Made by a program: the position numbers and the translations under genes
The notes under the pieces: model-generated
The model's input: only the letters and a program-made list of their open reading frames with translations
The model's database searches: none
Told to the model about the DNA's origin: nothing
Assembly: GCA_963664815.2 (NCBI GenBank)
Contig: CAXXHB010000003.1
Location: 2,368,001 to 2,432,000, forward strand
Length of the DNA: 64,000 bases
Direction: 5' to 3'
Source of the DNA: Spirochaetota bacterium
Lineage (GTDB): Bacteria; Spirochaetota; UBA4802; UBA5550
Shown: piece by piece, positions 8,097 through 19,603 of the stretch
Layout: the number at the start of each line of letters is the position of its first letter
How positions within the stretch are numbered: position 1 is the first letter of the stretch

Positions 8097-10010
8097 TTAT
8101 TCTTCATACATTTTTTCGATAAGATCTTTAAACTTTTCCTGAACAACCTTTCTTTTAATCTTCATTGTAGGTGTCATTTCACCGCTCTCCTGTGAAAATT
8201 CTTTCGAAAGAAGAGTGAATCTTTTTATCTGTTCCACCTGGCCAAGATCCTTCTGCCTTTTGTCTATAATCTCCTGATACAGCGCAGTTACCTCAGGCTG
8301 TCTGATCAGATCTTCCCTTGAAGAGAACCGGATTGAATTTTTTCCGGCCCATGCTTCGAGATTTTCAAACGATGGAACTATGAGAGCCGTAATATATCTT
8401 CTTTTATCTCCGATTACAGCTATGTATTCAATAAAAAGGTCCTCAGCCATTATAATCTCAATCATCTGCGGTGCAACATTCTTGCCCCCGGAAGTAATAA
8501 TCAGGTCTTTAAGCCTGTCCGTGAGTATAAGGTAACCGTCCTCATCAAACCTGCCTATGTCTCCTGTTTTGAACCATCCATCAGCCGTGAATGCCTCTTT
8601 TGTCTTTGCCGGCTGTTTGTAATACTCTTTGAAGATATTCGGACCTTTTGCCTGTATCTCACCGGTTTCATGATCAATTCTTATATCGACAAGCGGAGCG
8701 GCAGGCCCCACTGTCCCAGGTTTAAAGCAGTGAGGTCCACCCATGGCCAGGACAGGTGACGTTTCGGTTAAACCGTAACCCGATTTACACATCATTCCGC
8801 AATAAAAAAGAAATTTTTCAATTTCAGGATTCATCGGTGCTCCGCCATAGTTGAGCCAGTTCAGGTTTTTACCAAATACTCCCCGTATTTTATCCAGTAC
8901 AAGCTTACCTGCTATTTTTCGTTTAAATGTAAGTACAGCTCCGGGCTGTTTCCCGGCCAGTACCATTTCTCCATGCCTTCTGCCCATTTCCATGGACCAA
9001 TGGAAAATTTTCTGTTTCAAAGGGGGCGCATCATTTATCCCTGAATAAACCGCAGAGTATATTTTTTCTGAAATCCGTGGAACGCTGTTCATGGATGTCG
9101 CATTTGCTTCGTTCATATACATGACGACTTCGTTGTGGTCTTCACAGAACCACACCTGGTTTCCCATGGATATTACACCGAAATCCCATGATCTTTCAAG
9201 AACATGGCTCAATGGAAGAATCGCCAGTGTTGAATCCGTATCAGGGAACCCTTTTCCATCTTCAGATTCAACAAGACGTCCGACAGACCATGAATTATGC
9301 ATAAGCGTCTTATGAGTATGAACAACACCCTTCGGGTCGCCGGTTGTACCTGAAGTATAAATTACAGTGCAGGTGTCGTCGTAACTGGCCCTTTTCATTA
9401 TCTCTTCAATTTCATTCCTGCGGTTTTCCTTCCGGCCTTCAGCAAGATAATCATCCCACATGACAACCCGCCTGTCGTCATGTATCTTTGTGCCGCGGTG
9501 GAATACCACAATTTTTTCAAGTGACGGACATTTATCAAGCAGCATATACGACCTGTCATACTGTATCTGTCTTCCGACAAACAATACACGTATTTCAGCG
9601 TCGTTGATTATATACTCAGCCTCCTTTTCTGCATTTGTAGCGTATATCGGCACTGGTATGCACCTGATAAGTTGCCCTCCCAGGTCCGCAAGCGTCCATT
9701 CAGCCCTGTTCGGCGAGAAGATACCTGTCCTGTCACCCTCTTTGAGCCCGTCTTTTAAAAGTGCGCCGGCTGTAGCAAACATTATCTCCGAAATCTGGTT
9801 CCATGTGAATGTCTCCCATTGCCCGTATGGTTTGTGATGAAATTCAACCCTGTCGCCATATTTTTCAGCAAGGTTGACTACCATTACAGCCGTCTGTTTC
9901 CATTCATCAAGGTACTTCTGAAATTCCTTCTCAAGATCAGCCTTTTCTTTTTTGTATTTTTCCGTGTAATTGATCCTTGGCGGAATAGCCTTAAGTGTGT
10001 TGTAAGTCAT
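8097..10010 (-). CDS. fadD: long-chain fatty acid--CoA ligase (AMP-dependent)
   Basis: YTSGTTGDPKG, GYGLTETSP, WFKTGDIG, DRLKDLIITSGGKNVAPQ, EMTPTMKIKR. Confidence 0.92.
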   Translation of the reverse strand: MTYNTLKAIPPRINYTEKYKKEKADLEKEFQKYLDEWKQTAVMVVNLAEKYGDRVEFHHKPYGQWETFTWNQISEIMFATAGALLKDGLKEGDRTGIFSPNRAEWTLADLGGQLIRCIPVPIYATNAEKEAEYIINDAEIRVLFVGRQIQYDRSYMLLDKCPSLEKIVVFHRGTKIHDDRRVVMWDDYLAEGRKENRRNEIEEIMKRASYDDTCTVIYTSGTTGDPKGVVHTHKTLMHNSWSVGRLVESEDGKGFPDTDSTLAILPLSHVLERSWDFGVISMGNQVWFCEDHNEVVMYMNEANATSMNSVPRISEKIYSAVYSGINDAPPLKQKIFHWSMEMGRRHGEMVLAGKQPGAVLTFKRKIAGKLVLDKIRGVFGKNLNWLNYGGAPMNPEIEKFLFYCGMMCKSGYGLTETSPVLAMGGPHCFKPGTVGPAAPLVDIRIDHETGEIQAKGPNIFKEYYKQPAKTKEAFTADGWFKTGDIGRFDEDGYLILTDRLKDLIITSGGKNVAPQMIEIIMAEDLFIEYIAVIGDKRRYITALIVPSFENLEAWAGKNSIRFSSREDLIRQPEVTALYQEIIDKRQKDLGQVEQIKRFTLLSKEFSQESGEMTPTMKIKRKVVQEKFKDLIEKMYEE

Positions 10011-10607
10011 GAGCCTCCTCCCTCTTCAAATATTTTTTATATGTGTTAAAGTACTGAAACAAAAAATTAAATTTCCCTGTCTCAGGGTTTAATTTTCATT
10101 AAACAACATCATTAAAACTGCTTTTATGGAACTGGATGCAACGAAAATATTTTTATTAAAATGCTGTCATAAAGTGATAATGTATAATCATGGGGAATAG
10201 ATTTACTGCTCGATTATGATTAATTATTTTTTATAAGACAGCGGAGCTGAATTGAACATCTCTTCCATTTTTATTACTCACCGGCATGCGATAATATCTT
10301 TTCATACTTCCGTAAAAATGTCATTAACCTGAGTTAATATGCAGTTAAATAAATTCAGTTTTTTAATCCAGGGAATTTATGCGTAATTGAATTCATCAGG
10401 TATCATAAACAATCCCTGATTCATGTAACATCCTGTAATCTTACCAGCACTAAAGATTAAAACCGTCAGCAAGTCGGATCAAATCATTTGCGCTTTACGG
10501 AAACATCATTCGGTGTTTTCAGGCGAAGAAAATCATAACCCTGTGTCCGGGAATAGTTACTACCTTTTTGCATCAACCACATATAACGGTATTAGTATTT
10601 TTCCGCT

Positions 10608-11357
10608 TTACGGCTGCCAATTTTCAAAATTGTGATGAATACTGTAATGAATTTTTTGCAGTCTGCCCTCTTTTTTCAACTTTAACAATGCATCTGACAA
10701 TAATTTATTAATCCTGTCTCCACGGGGGCTTTTTTGAATTATTATAACATCCTCAAAATACATCCAGTAATCCCTCCGGATGTTTTTCAGTTTTAATTTT
10801 TTTAAGGTATAATCAACCTCCTCCTGTGCCCAGACCAGAGCATCGATTCTGCCAGCAGATACTTTTTTCAGGGATTGTTCAATATCGTTTATTGAATTTC
10901 CGTTAAAAGGAAATTGATCTTCAATCCCTCTGGCAATTTCGATAATATATGGGAATCTTCCCTTTTTTGCTATTGCATTATCGAGCATTTTTTTTGTAAC
11001 TGGTCTGTTTTTACTGGAGTAGATAACAAAACAGACTCTTCCCATCGGGACCTTCACAGTGTTATATGGAAGTTTAGTCTGATCAATATCAGAATTCCTT
11101 ATTGAAGGAATATGAAAATCTGATACGCCGTCTATTACATTCTGAACTGATCTTTTAAATGGATAAACCCTTATATGAATTTTACCATCAGTATATACAT
11201 CGTCAATTGCTTTTACAAGTTTAACAAATGTGCCTTGATTATTTGAATCAGTCAATAACGGCAGCTCGGCAAGACCGGCTTCAAGGTCTTTTGATTTCTC
11301 AAGTGAAAAAAAAGATGTAAATGTAATCATCATAAAAAATAAAATAAAATATCGCAT
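10608..11357 (-). CDS. solute-binding protein family 3-like periplasmic protein, with no ABC permease alongside
   Basis: Signal peptide; YPFKRS..V.DG..DF; KKVSAGRIDAL; LLKLKKEGRL. Confidence 0.75.
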   Translation of the reverse strand: MRYFILFFMMITFTSFFSLEKSKDLEAGLAELPLLTDSNNQGTFVKLVKAIDDVYTDGKIHIRVYPFKRSVQNVIDGVSDFHIPSIRNSDIDQTKLPYNTVKVPMGRVCFVIYSSKNRPVTKKMLDNAIAKKGRFPYIIEIARGIEDQFPFNGNSINDIEQSLKKVSAGRIDALVWAQEEVDYTLKKLKLKNIRRDYWMYFEDVIIIQKSPRGDRINKLLSDALLKLKKEGRLQKIHYSIHHNFENWQP

Positions 11358-12134
11358 ATTGCCATTCCGGGTTTTACTTAAGCTTTGGTCTTTTTGAAAA
11401 CGAAAAAATATTTTTTCAGTTTTTTATTACAATTCAATGTATTTATCCGTTTTAATCTCTGAACATTCTAAAATAAAAAACTATACCCCCATCGACGAAG
11501 ACTGCGGGAGATATAATCGTTTATTTTACACACAAATATACTTTAATAATTTTACATTTATGTATTATATAGAATTTCATTTAAAAATAATATATAATAT
11601 AAAGAAGTACAGGCTGGATGTTATAAATATTTTTAAAAAAAGCCATATATGTAAATATATATGCTGATTTTTCTAATAAAATTAATTACCTGATACAGAT
11701 AAAACATGTGTTTGTCAATACGTGATGCATCAATACTCTTTCCGGTTGATGTTTATTTATTTCAGGAAAGAATCTGACCTGTTTGTCTGTGCATCTCCTG
11801 CTCATTCAGTATTTACTCGGAATATCTTCAATTTTAAAATAAAATCTGGATGTTTATCACATTAACGTTTTTTTATTTTGACATAATAAATAACCATGTA
11901 TAATATAAATCATATTAACATTGTAAAATATAAAACCTTTGTATAATAGAATCCCGAAGGAAACCTGAATGCCTGAAAAAGCTGATACTATATGTAGTAT
12001 AAAATTTTTCATTGACGCAGGATGGCAGAATTCCATTTACCAGGAAGACTTTAAATACTATCACATCTCCGGCGTGCATGTATTTGGCGGGCTGAGTTTC
12101 CCGCTGTCAGGCATCAGTACAATCAGGAAGGATT

Positions 12135-13232
12135 ATGTATAAGATAAGAATAATAACATGTTTAATTACAGCTTTTTTTTCCTCATCATGCAATGATATA
12201 CTTAATGTTGCAGAGGAGAAACTGCTTTCTGACGGCCTTATACTCTCTGGAGTTGTTACTACACTTGCCGGTACCGGCACAGCCCTGAGCAGTGATGGTA
12301 CCGGGACAGGTGCAGGTTTTAACCAGCCAAACGGGATAACATCAGACGGCACATATCTGTATTTAACAGATACCGGCGGAGCAAAAATCAGGAAGATAGA
12401 AATATCAACCGGTGTTGTCACCACCATTGCAGGCTCAGGAACCCAGGTATCCGCTGATGGAACCGGGCTCTCTGCCAGTTTCAACAGCCCCAATGGAATA
12501 ACTACGGATAAAGTGAACCTTTATGTTGCAGATGTTACCGGAAACTGCATCCGTAAAATAGTAATAGCAACAGGCGTAGTCACCACTATAGCCGGTTCAG
12601 GTACAGGCTCACATGTGGATGCAAACGGCACCTCTGCAACATTCCTGCAGCCACAGGGGATAACAACAGATGGTACAAATCTGTACGTGGCGGAAGCCGG
12701 CAATAACTGCATACGAAAAATAGTCATTTCTACCGGCGAGGTTACAACCTTTGCCGGAACTACCGGCACTACTTCCGGAAACAGTAACGGAACAGGCACC
12801 GCAGCATTGTTCTACCAGCCATGTGGAATGGTTACTGACGGGACATACCTCTACGTGGCTGACATGGGCAACAACTGCATACGAAAAATACTCTTAGCTA
12901 CTGCGGAGGTCTCCACACTTGCAGGTTCAACTGCCAACCCCGGTGATTCCGGATACATTGATGCAACGGGAACTGTTGCAAGATTTAATGGCACGTACGG
13001 AATAACAACTGACAGGGTAAACTTATATGTGACCGATACAAATGGATACAGGGTCAGGAAAGTGGTAATTGCGACCGGACAGGTGACCACCGTTGCAGGT
13101 TCAGGTATTGCGGCAAGCACTGACGGCACAGGCACTTCTGCCAGCTTTAAAAACCCGGCCGGGATAACCACAGACGGGTATTTTCTTTTTGTCCCGGAAT
13201 ATTTAGGCTACAAAATCAGGATGATACAGTAA
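12135..13232 (+). CDS. NHL-repeat beta-propeller lipoprotein
   Basis: SSS-C lipobox; six repeats of VTTIAGSG...DGTGT.A.F..P.GITTDG..LYVAD..NNCIRKI. Confidence 0.9.
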   Translation: MYKIRIITCLITAFFSSSCNDILNVAEEKLLSDGLILSGVVTTLAGTGTALSSDGTGTGAGFNQPNGITSDGTYLYLTDTGGAKIRKIEISTGVVTTIAGSGTQVSADGTGLSASFNSPNGITTDKVNLYVADVTGNCIRKIVIATGVVTTIAGSGTGSHVDANGTSATFLQPQGITTDGTNLYVAEAGNNCIRKIVISTGEVTTFAGTTGTTSGNSNGTGTAALFYQPCGMVTDGTYLYVADMGNNCIRKILLATAEVSTLAGSTANPGDSGYIDATGTVARFNGTYGITTDRVNLYVTDTNGYRVRKVVIATGQVTTVAGSGIAASTDGTGTSASFKNPAGITTDGYFLFVPEYLGYKIRMIQ

Positions 13233-13612
13233 AGCCGGTTTTTCCGCAGTATAAAGACTCTGCTGAAAACCGCTTCAATATCGTTTCAATACCGTTTAAG
13301 ACAGAGAAAAATGCACGTTTTTAACTGTCGGTAAGGTGTTTGAGGCGTAATTTAAGCGAAACTGACTTTTCTGTAAAAAGAGTCAGGCTTTTATCATAAA
13401 TCAGCTGTGGTACAGATCATAAACCTGTTGATGCACAACGTTGAATTCGTTAGTGCACAATACCTCTATCTGCAGGAAATTCCGATAATCCTTAAATACT
13501 GTAATCGTGTTCAGAGTATCATATCATAAAAAACAACATACTTGACAGCAATAGTTAACCGGAATAATCCGGTTTTATCTGTATTAAATTCTGGCAAACT
13601 GGAAATATTGAA

Positions 13613-14500
13613 ATGATTCAAAAGATAAATAAAAGTATATCCATATTTTTTACGGAAGAGGGATTTGGTAAATCCAATGCTGTTCTTATTGATGATGACA
13701 TAAGGATAATGATCGACAGCGGCCCGGGAAAAATTATTGAAGAGGCCAGGCCCGGCAATATAGATATACTTCTCAACTCTCACTGCCATATTGATCATGT
13801 ATGGAACAACAGTTTTTTTGTTAATGCCCGCATTATGACCCACCCGCTGGAGCGTGAAAACTTCAAAAGCCATAAAAAAATCGGCTCACTTGAAAACTGG
13901 GAAAAATATATGAGTGATGATCTTGAAGATAATCTTCACTTAATAGATACTATGGGTGACTCATTTACCAGAGAATGGCGCATCGATGATACAATTGATG
14001 ATGGGGACATACTTGATACAGGCAGAACAAAAATTAAAATAATTCATACACCGGGTCATACTTCAGGTCACCTCTCTTTTCTTTTCCCGGAAGAAAGCCT
14101 TCTCTTTTGTGGAGACATCTGCCTCACTAAAGTCGGGCCATGGTATGGCGATTCCGTTACTCCTGTTGATGATCTGATCACCTCAATTAACCGGATTATC
14201 GAGATGAATCCGGAAAGGGTTGTTTCCGGTCATAACAAAGAGGTTTTAACTTCAGGAATCAGCGGGACTTTTATTGATTACAGAAACAGGATATTCATGC
14301 GCGACGACAGAGTACTTAATTCGCTTAAAAAAAACCCGGGATCACTTGATGATCTTGCATCCAGAAAACTTATATATCCGGACCACCCGACAATATTTGT
14401 AGTATACTGGGAAAAAGCAATGATAATTAAGCATCTTGAAAGACTTATGAAAAACGGAGTTGTATCTGTTGATGATTCCGGCATATATTACCACAATTGA
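13613..14500 (+). CDS. MBL-fold metallo-hydrolase
   Basis: SHCHIDH, HTPGHTSGH, GD, SGH motifs. Confidence 0.9.
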   Translation: MIQKINKSISIFFTEEGFGKSNAVLIDDDIRIMIDSGPGKIIEEARPGNIDILLNSHCHIDHVWNNSFFVNARIMTHPLERENFKSHKKIGSLENWEKYMSDDLEDNLHLIDTMGDSFTREWRIDDTIDDGDILDTGRTKIKIIHTPGHTSGHLSFLFPEESLLFCGDICLTKVGPWYGDSVTPVDDLITSINRIIEMNPERVVSGHNKEVLTSGISGTFIDYRNRIFMRDDRVLNSLKKNPGSLDDLASRKLIYPDHPTIFVVYWEKAMIIKHLERLMKNGVVSVDDSGIYYHN

Positions 14501-14555
14501 TTAATTAAACAGGTTTTCTCACTTGATATAGATATTTTTTTTGAGGAAAACTTTT

Positions 14556-15185
14556 ATGGATGATAAATTCAAAACTATGCTTCAAAATATGCTTCCGGAT
14601 GTTCCAGTAAATGACTTCATAGAAATGGCAATTAAAACCTTTGAAATATCCTTCGTGTATGATCTCCGGACGATAAGCTATGTATTCGCCTATGTTGATG
14701 AGGATTTATGGAGTTTTAACGCACAAGACATACTCAGTTATGTACTTGGGGAAAGGCTATGTACAATGCACAGGGAAAAGATGAAGAAGCTCCTCACCGA
14801 GGGAATTGTAAAAGCCAACACTGAAAAGCAGAATGTGAAGCTGCCTGCCGCACATGTTTCACACAGAGACGGCAAAGACAATATAATACCCTCTGTTGTT
14901 AAACTCACAATCTACTACAATCATAAAGAAGGCTGCGCTACACATCTCTTCGGAACTGCCGAGACATCATACTCATACAAGTATTATGAATCATTGGTAA
15001 ACAAACTCTCACAGCGCGAGAAAGAATGCCTCGAATGTATACTTGCCAACAGGAGCCCCAAAGAGATAATCCGCATCATGGGCGTTGAAGAAAGCACGGT
15101 GAGCACATTTAAAAAACGCATTGCACAGAAGATAGGTATGCCTATTAAAGAAATAATCAAGCTGTATAAAAGCTTGGATTTGTGA
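14556..15185 (+). CDS. LuxR-type HTH transcriptional regulator with uncharacterised N-terminal domain
   Basis: C-terminal LSQREKECLE.I....SPKEI...MGVEESTVSTFKKRIAQKIG; GAGGA RBS before ATG 14556. Confidence 0.8.
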   Translation: MDDKFKTMLQNMLPDVPVNDFIEMAIKTFEISFVYDLRTISYVFAYVDEDLWSFNAQDILSYVLGERLCTMHREKMKKLLTEGIVKANTEKQNVKLPAAHVSHRDGKDNIIPSVVKLTIYYNHKEGCATHLFGTAETSYSYKYYESLVNKLSQREKECLECILANRSPKEIIRIMGVEESTVSTFKKRIAQKIGMPIKEIIKLYKSLDL

Positions 15186-15407
15186 ACTGCTACAACCTTG
15201 TAGGATAATTTACCCGGTGTTACAGATATGTACACTGCTGGTACAACTTCGATTTTTTTATCAAACACTCACTATTATTTTATCTATCTATAGAAGAGAA
15301 TTTTCCGTTTCAACTCTTTTTATATTTACATCATCTATCGGATGTTCATCTGTTCTACATGCTGAATAATAAATACTATTTAAACTGAACAAGGAGTTAG
15401 ATGAAAC

Positions 15408-16772
15408 ATGAAAAGCTATCTGGATGATTACAAAAGCAAACTCGTTACTGCCGAAAAAGCAGCCCGGTTTGTCAAAAACGGGGACAGAGTGGAATATGCC
15501 GGTTTCTGCGCGAAACCTGTGGATTTCGATATTGCACTTGCAAAAAGAGTTAATGATGAAAATTTTAAGGTAACTGTCCGCGGAACAGCTACCGTTCCAC
15601 CCATACCTGAAGTAATTAAAGCCGACCCCAATCAGAATACATTTCAATACACCAGCTGGTATTACACTGCGCTTGACAGAATACTGGGTGACCGGGGGCT
15701 CTGCACATACAATCCGACAAATTACCATGAAGCAAGTGAAATGTTCTACAGCGAAGATTATAAAAGGTTCTGGTGTGACGTATGGATTTCGCAGGTTGCT
15801 CCGATGGACGAAAGTGGTTATTTCAACTTCGGACTTGCCAATTCATACACCCGTGCTCTTGCAATGGGCGCAAGATGCAGAATTGTGGAAATAAACAACA
15901 ATTTCCCAAGATGCCTGGGGGGTTGTGAAGAGGGGGTGCATATAAGCGAAATTGATTATGTTATTGAAGGGTCTAACAGCCCTGTTTTCACTATTCCGGC
16001 CTCAACAGAATATACGCCAGCGGATAAAAAAATAGCCGAACTGATAGTTGAAGATATCCGCAATGGCGACTGCATCCAGCTTGGTATCGGCTCCCTCCCC
16101 GGAGCTATCGGAGAACTGATTGCAGAATCGGAATTAAAGGACCTTGGGATACAATCCGAACTCTTCTGCGACTCCTACACAAAGATGTACGAACTGGGGA
16201 AAATAACCAATGATAAAAAGCGGGTTGACCGCTTCAAGTCTGTTTACACTTTCTCATTTGCCACAAAGGATACTCTGGATTTTATGCATGAAAATCCAAG
16301 TCTCGCATCATGTTCATCCGGTTACACAAATGATCCGTCAAGAATACGGATGAATGACAATGTTATTTCAGTAAACAATATACTTGAAGTCGATTTATTC
16401 AGCCAGGTCTGTTCCGAGACAAAAGGGGTGAGGCAGATTTCAGGAACCGGAGGCCAGCTGGACTGGGTTCTCGGAGCGCAGAAATCAAAGGGGGGCAAAA
16501 GCTTCCTGGCATTCAACTCAACCTACAAGGATAAAAACGGCAAAATGCATTCAAGGATAAAACCTATGCTGTCGCCGGGAGGCGTAGTTACCGTGCCGCG
16601 TACTATGGTACAATGGCTTGTTACTGAATACGGAAAGGTAAATGTGAAAGCGTGTTCTATATGGGAAAGGAGTGAAGCTCTCATCAGCCTTGCTCATCCC
16701 GATTTCAGAGATGAGCTTATCAAAAATGCTGAAGAGATGAAGATATGGCGACCCACAAATAAAATTGCATAA
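15408..16772 (+). CDS. acetyl-CoA hydrolase/transferase family CoA-transferase (butyryl/4-hydroxybutyrate type)
   Basis: APMDESGYFNFG, IQLGIGSLP, QISGTGGQLDW, VTEYG, LISLAHPDFRDEL. Confidence 0.92.
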   Translation: MKSYLDDYKSKLVTAEKAARFVKNGDRVEYAGFCAKPVDFDIALAKRVNDENFKVTVRGTATVPPIPEVIKADPNQNTFQYTSWYYTALDRILGDRGLCTYNPTNYHEASEMFYSEDYKRFWCDVWISQVAPMDESGYFNFGLANSYTRALAMGARCRIVEINNNFPRCLGGCEEGVHISEIDYVIEGSNSPVFTIPASTEYTPADKKIAELIVEDIRNGDCIQLGIGSLPGAIGELIAESELKDLGIQSELFCDSYTKMYELGKITNDKKRVDRFKSVYTFSFATKDTLDFMHENPSLASCSSGYTNDPSRIRMNDNVISVNNILEVDLFSQVCSETKGVRQISGTGGQLDWVLGAQKSKGGKSFLAFNSTYKDKNGKMHSRIKPMLSPGGVVTVPRTMVQWLVTEYGKVNVKACSIWERSEALISLAHPDFRDELIKNAEEMKIWRPTNKIA

Positions 16773-16822
16773 AACAGATTTAATATTAAAATACTATGGT
16801 ATTTTATTAAGTGCCTGATTTT

Positions 16823-16858
16823 AAAACAGAAAGTGAACCACCGCTTTCTGTTTTTTTT
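16823..16858 (+). terminator. intrinsic terminator between convergent genes, probably bidirectional
   Basis: aaaacagaaagtg-aaccac-cgctttctgtttt followed by a T-run. Confidence 0.75.
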
Positions 16859-16883
16859 ATAGATGTGTTCCCCGGATATCCGG

Positions 16884-18815
16884 TCAGAAGTAGAAATTAA
16901 CCTTTGCCGAATATTCATGCCATGTGAAGTTATAATCTCTGTTAAAGGAGTAGTCCGCCATTATCGAAACTGTATCAGTGATGCTGAATCTTTCACATGC
17001 TCCGGCTGAAGACCTTGTGTGATTGTTCCAGAATGGCGCATAATAAACCCTGCCGTAGATATGATTCTTCCAGAGACCAAGTATTGTTATTAATCCCGTT
17101 TCTGCAGTTACAGAAAGATCAGTATTGTATTCATATTCCGGGGAGAAATTCGATTTAACCCCTCCGAACAGATATACCTGTGCAAGGTCAGAAAAAACAG
17201 TTGTGCTGAGACCTGATGCACCTTTAATCTGATATGTAAGTGTTTCTCTCTTTTCCTTAATCACATCCTGATTGAATCCGGTGTTGAACTGGTAGCCCTG
17301 ACAGATATAAAAAGAATTGGATCTGGGTATCGACAGTATGTCTATTATGTCAAATCTTTGAAGTAAAAACTTTTTATCGTCATAATAATAACGTGCTGCT
17401 ATCTTCCCGAAAATTACCTGTGAGTTAAGATTATATCCCTCGTCCCTGTCCATAAGCTCATGTGCTGTATGCCTGTAGCTCAGTTGAGAGTACCAGCCGT
17501 TTAAACCATATCCCGATTCCGGGGCCAGGTCTTTTGATAAATGGGAATTTTCCGGGGAAACAGGTTCCGGCATATCTTTAAATGGATCATATTTCCCCAG
17601 CAAATTTCTCTGGGTCAGGACTGCCATGTATCTCGCTTTATAATCGTTTATCTCTATCTTTTTTTTTACTGCAAGGAATTTAAGGTAATCAGTGGAAAGT
17701 TCACATATAAGAATTTTTTTTTCTTCGCCAGACTGAAGTGACCCGATCTCAGTAAAGCTTTTTTTCCCGCTGCAGAGATCCAGAACAAAACTCTGTTCAT
17801 CTTCAGTCAGGAGCGATTTCATATACATGATGCGTGAATACAGGGACGGCCTGTAAATTCTCTTCACGACAAGACCTCTCTTTTTAACAAGTCTGACAAT
17901 ATCGACAGGTTCAACTCCTGCTGAAAAAGAACCTGTAAGATTTGATCCCGGTTCGGCAGCTTCGATCAGATAAAGAAGGTTGAATGAACAGTTTTCATCA
18001 ATGAAATAGTAGTCTGAATATATATCCTCCATCTCAACGACATAGCGCAGCAGTTTTCTTTTCCCTTCCGGTGACATGGATAGCTCATATTCCCAGATAT
18101 CACGCATTTCACTGTCGCTGTATTCCTGAATTTTTTTATAATATGGAAGAAAGGAGTAATATCCCCTGTACAGACCGAAAAGTCCCCTGAATGCAAATAC
18201 AGGTCCGAATGAATCATCTGTCTGCGCAGCGTAATTTATCGAATGTGACACAATACGGCTTTCACCCTCGGTATCAACCAGGATGAGGGTATGCCCGAAC
18301 ATCGATGCAGGGCTGCTCATATAACCTGTGGGGAAAACCAGTGAAACCGTAGATGGGTTTATCGTGTTATAGAAGGCATTAAACGCTGTATCACCATCAT
18401 AGGGGAGCCTTGTGTGATCAATATTCAGTTTTTCACTGAGCCAGTTAAATCTTAAAGCGTATTTGGCTGTAGGGTGTATTTTCCCTTTTTCATAATCTGT
18501 AAAAAAAGCCCGCAGTGTCGATTCAAGTTCAGCTTTGGGGTCCCTTCTACCTTTTTCAGAAAAAAAATACCCAGGATCAGTAACGCGGCTCTTATACCCG
18601 GTTAAAACCTTTTTATAATGCATAACCATATGCCAGTAGGGGTCGTCATAAAGTTTAAGATCATCCCCTTTTTTTATCAGCTCCTCGAGATATATTTTAT
18701 CAACCGATAAAGCAGTTTCGGTTTCCGCACCATAGATAAATACGGGGAAGATAATTAACATAAAAAGTACGGCCCCAAGGCCGTACCTTTGAATTTTAAA
18801 GAATAGATTAAGCAA
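16884..18815 (-). CDS. DUF4105 (Lnb N-terminal-like) domain protein with C-terminal beta-strand region
   Basis: SPASMFGHTLI, GLFGLYRG..SFLPYY.K..EYS..E.RDIWEYEL, YYFIDENCS; ends in F. Confidence 0.85.
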   Translation of the reverse strand: MLNLFFKIQRYGLGAVLFMLIIFPVFIYGAETETALSVDKIYLEELIKKGDDLKLYDDPYWHMVMHYKKVLTGYKSRVTDPGYFFSEKGRRDPKAELESTLRAFFTDYEKGKIHPTAKYALRFNWLSEKLNIDHTRLPYDGDTAFNAFYNTINPSTVSLVFPTGYMSSPASMFGHTLILVDTEGESRIVSHSINYAAQTDDSFGPVFAFRGLFGLYRGYYSFLPYYKKIQEYSDSEMRDIWEYELSMSPEGKRKLLRYVVEMEDIYSDYYFIDENCSFNLLYLIEAAEPGSNLTGSFSAGVEPVDIVRLVKKRGLVVKRIYRPSLYSRIMYMKSLLTEDEQSFVLDLCSGKKSFTEIGSLQSGEEKKILICELSTDYLKFLAVKKKIEINDYKARYMAVLTQRNLLGKYDPFKDMPEPVSPENSHLSKDLAPESGYGLNGWYSQLSYRHTAHELMDRDEGYNLNSQVIFGKIAARYYYDDKKFLLQRFDIIDILSIPRSNSFYICQGYQFNTGFNQDVIKEKRETLTYQIKGASGLSTTVFSDLAQVYLFGGVKSNFSPEYEYNTDLSVTAETGLITILGLWKNHIYGRVYYAPFWNNHTRSSAGACERFSITDTVSIMADYSFNRDYNFTWHEYSAKVNFYF

Positions 18816-18820
18816 AGCTC

Positions 18821-19270
18821 TTAACTGTTAATTTCTTTAATACTTGCAACAACTTCTTTTGAAGTTACATCTTTTGATGTGTAGATCCTGTTGAAGTTTT
18901 TATGAAGTTTGTCTTTGAAAGAAACTTTGTCCTGAATTTTCATTAAATGGGCAAGTGTATCAACATATTCACCATCGCCTTTGGCTATATCATTGGCAAG
19001 TGAATCCATATTTTCGGCAACATAAACATCTACAATGTTAACACCGATAACCGCGCCTTCTTTATATCCCAGTGTACCTGTGGATATAGCGAATGTCTGA
19101 CTTCCTGAACAACCATTAAGTGTTGCGCCAAGGATATCAAAGAGTTTTCCGCTTTTACCTGACAGGAGGAATCCCCCAAAACCGATACCGATATTCTGAG
19201 ATCCTGCGAACAGAGTTGAACTTGAAAACGCCATACATAGAGCAAAAGTTACTACGAGAATCTTTTTCAT
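18821..19270 (-). CDS. DUF3015 family secreted protein
   Basis: GAT.NG.SG.QTFAISTGTLG; NMDSLA.DIAKG.GEY..TLA.L; directly upstream of the DUF4105 gene. Confidence 0.85.
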   Translation of the reverse strand: MKKILVVTFALCMAFSSSTLFAGSQNIGIGFGGFLLSGKSGKLFDILGATLNGCSGSQTFAISTGTLGYKEGAVIGVNIVDVYVAENMDSLANDIAKGDGEYVDTLAHLMKIQDKVSFKDKLHKNFNRIYTSKDVTSKEVVASIKEINS

Positions 19271-19603
19271 TAAAGTCTCCTTTTTTTTAATATTTGAGTA
19301 TCTTCATATATAATAAATTAATACATCTTCGGAAAATTTCAATTTTTAGTCCGAAATTCCAATTTTTAAGAAAAATAATAACCGGTTTAAAATCATACAT
19401 ATTATGTTTCCCTTAATAACGGTTATTTGGAATATAAAGAGTTTTAATGTGGCTGTACTTTCAAAATACCGTAAAATCAACTCCTTTAATACACAATCTT
19501 TTCCGTATGATTTGAATAGATCCGCTTCTATATAAGTTCATCTCCCCGGAATGTAAAAAAAACTGTTGATAGCATAAAAAATAGTTGAAATTATTTGTAT
19601 TAA

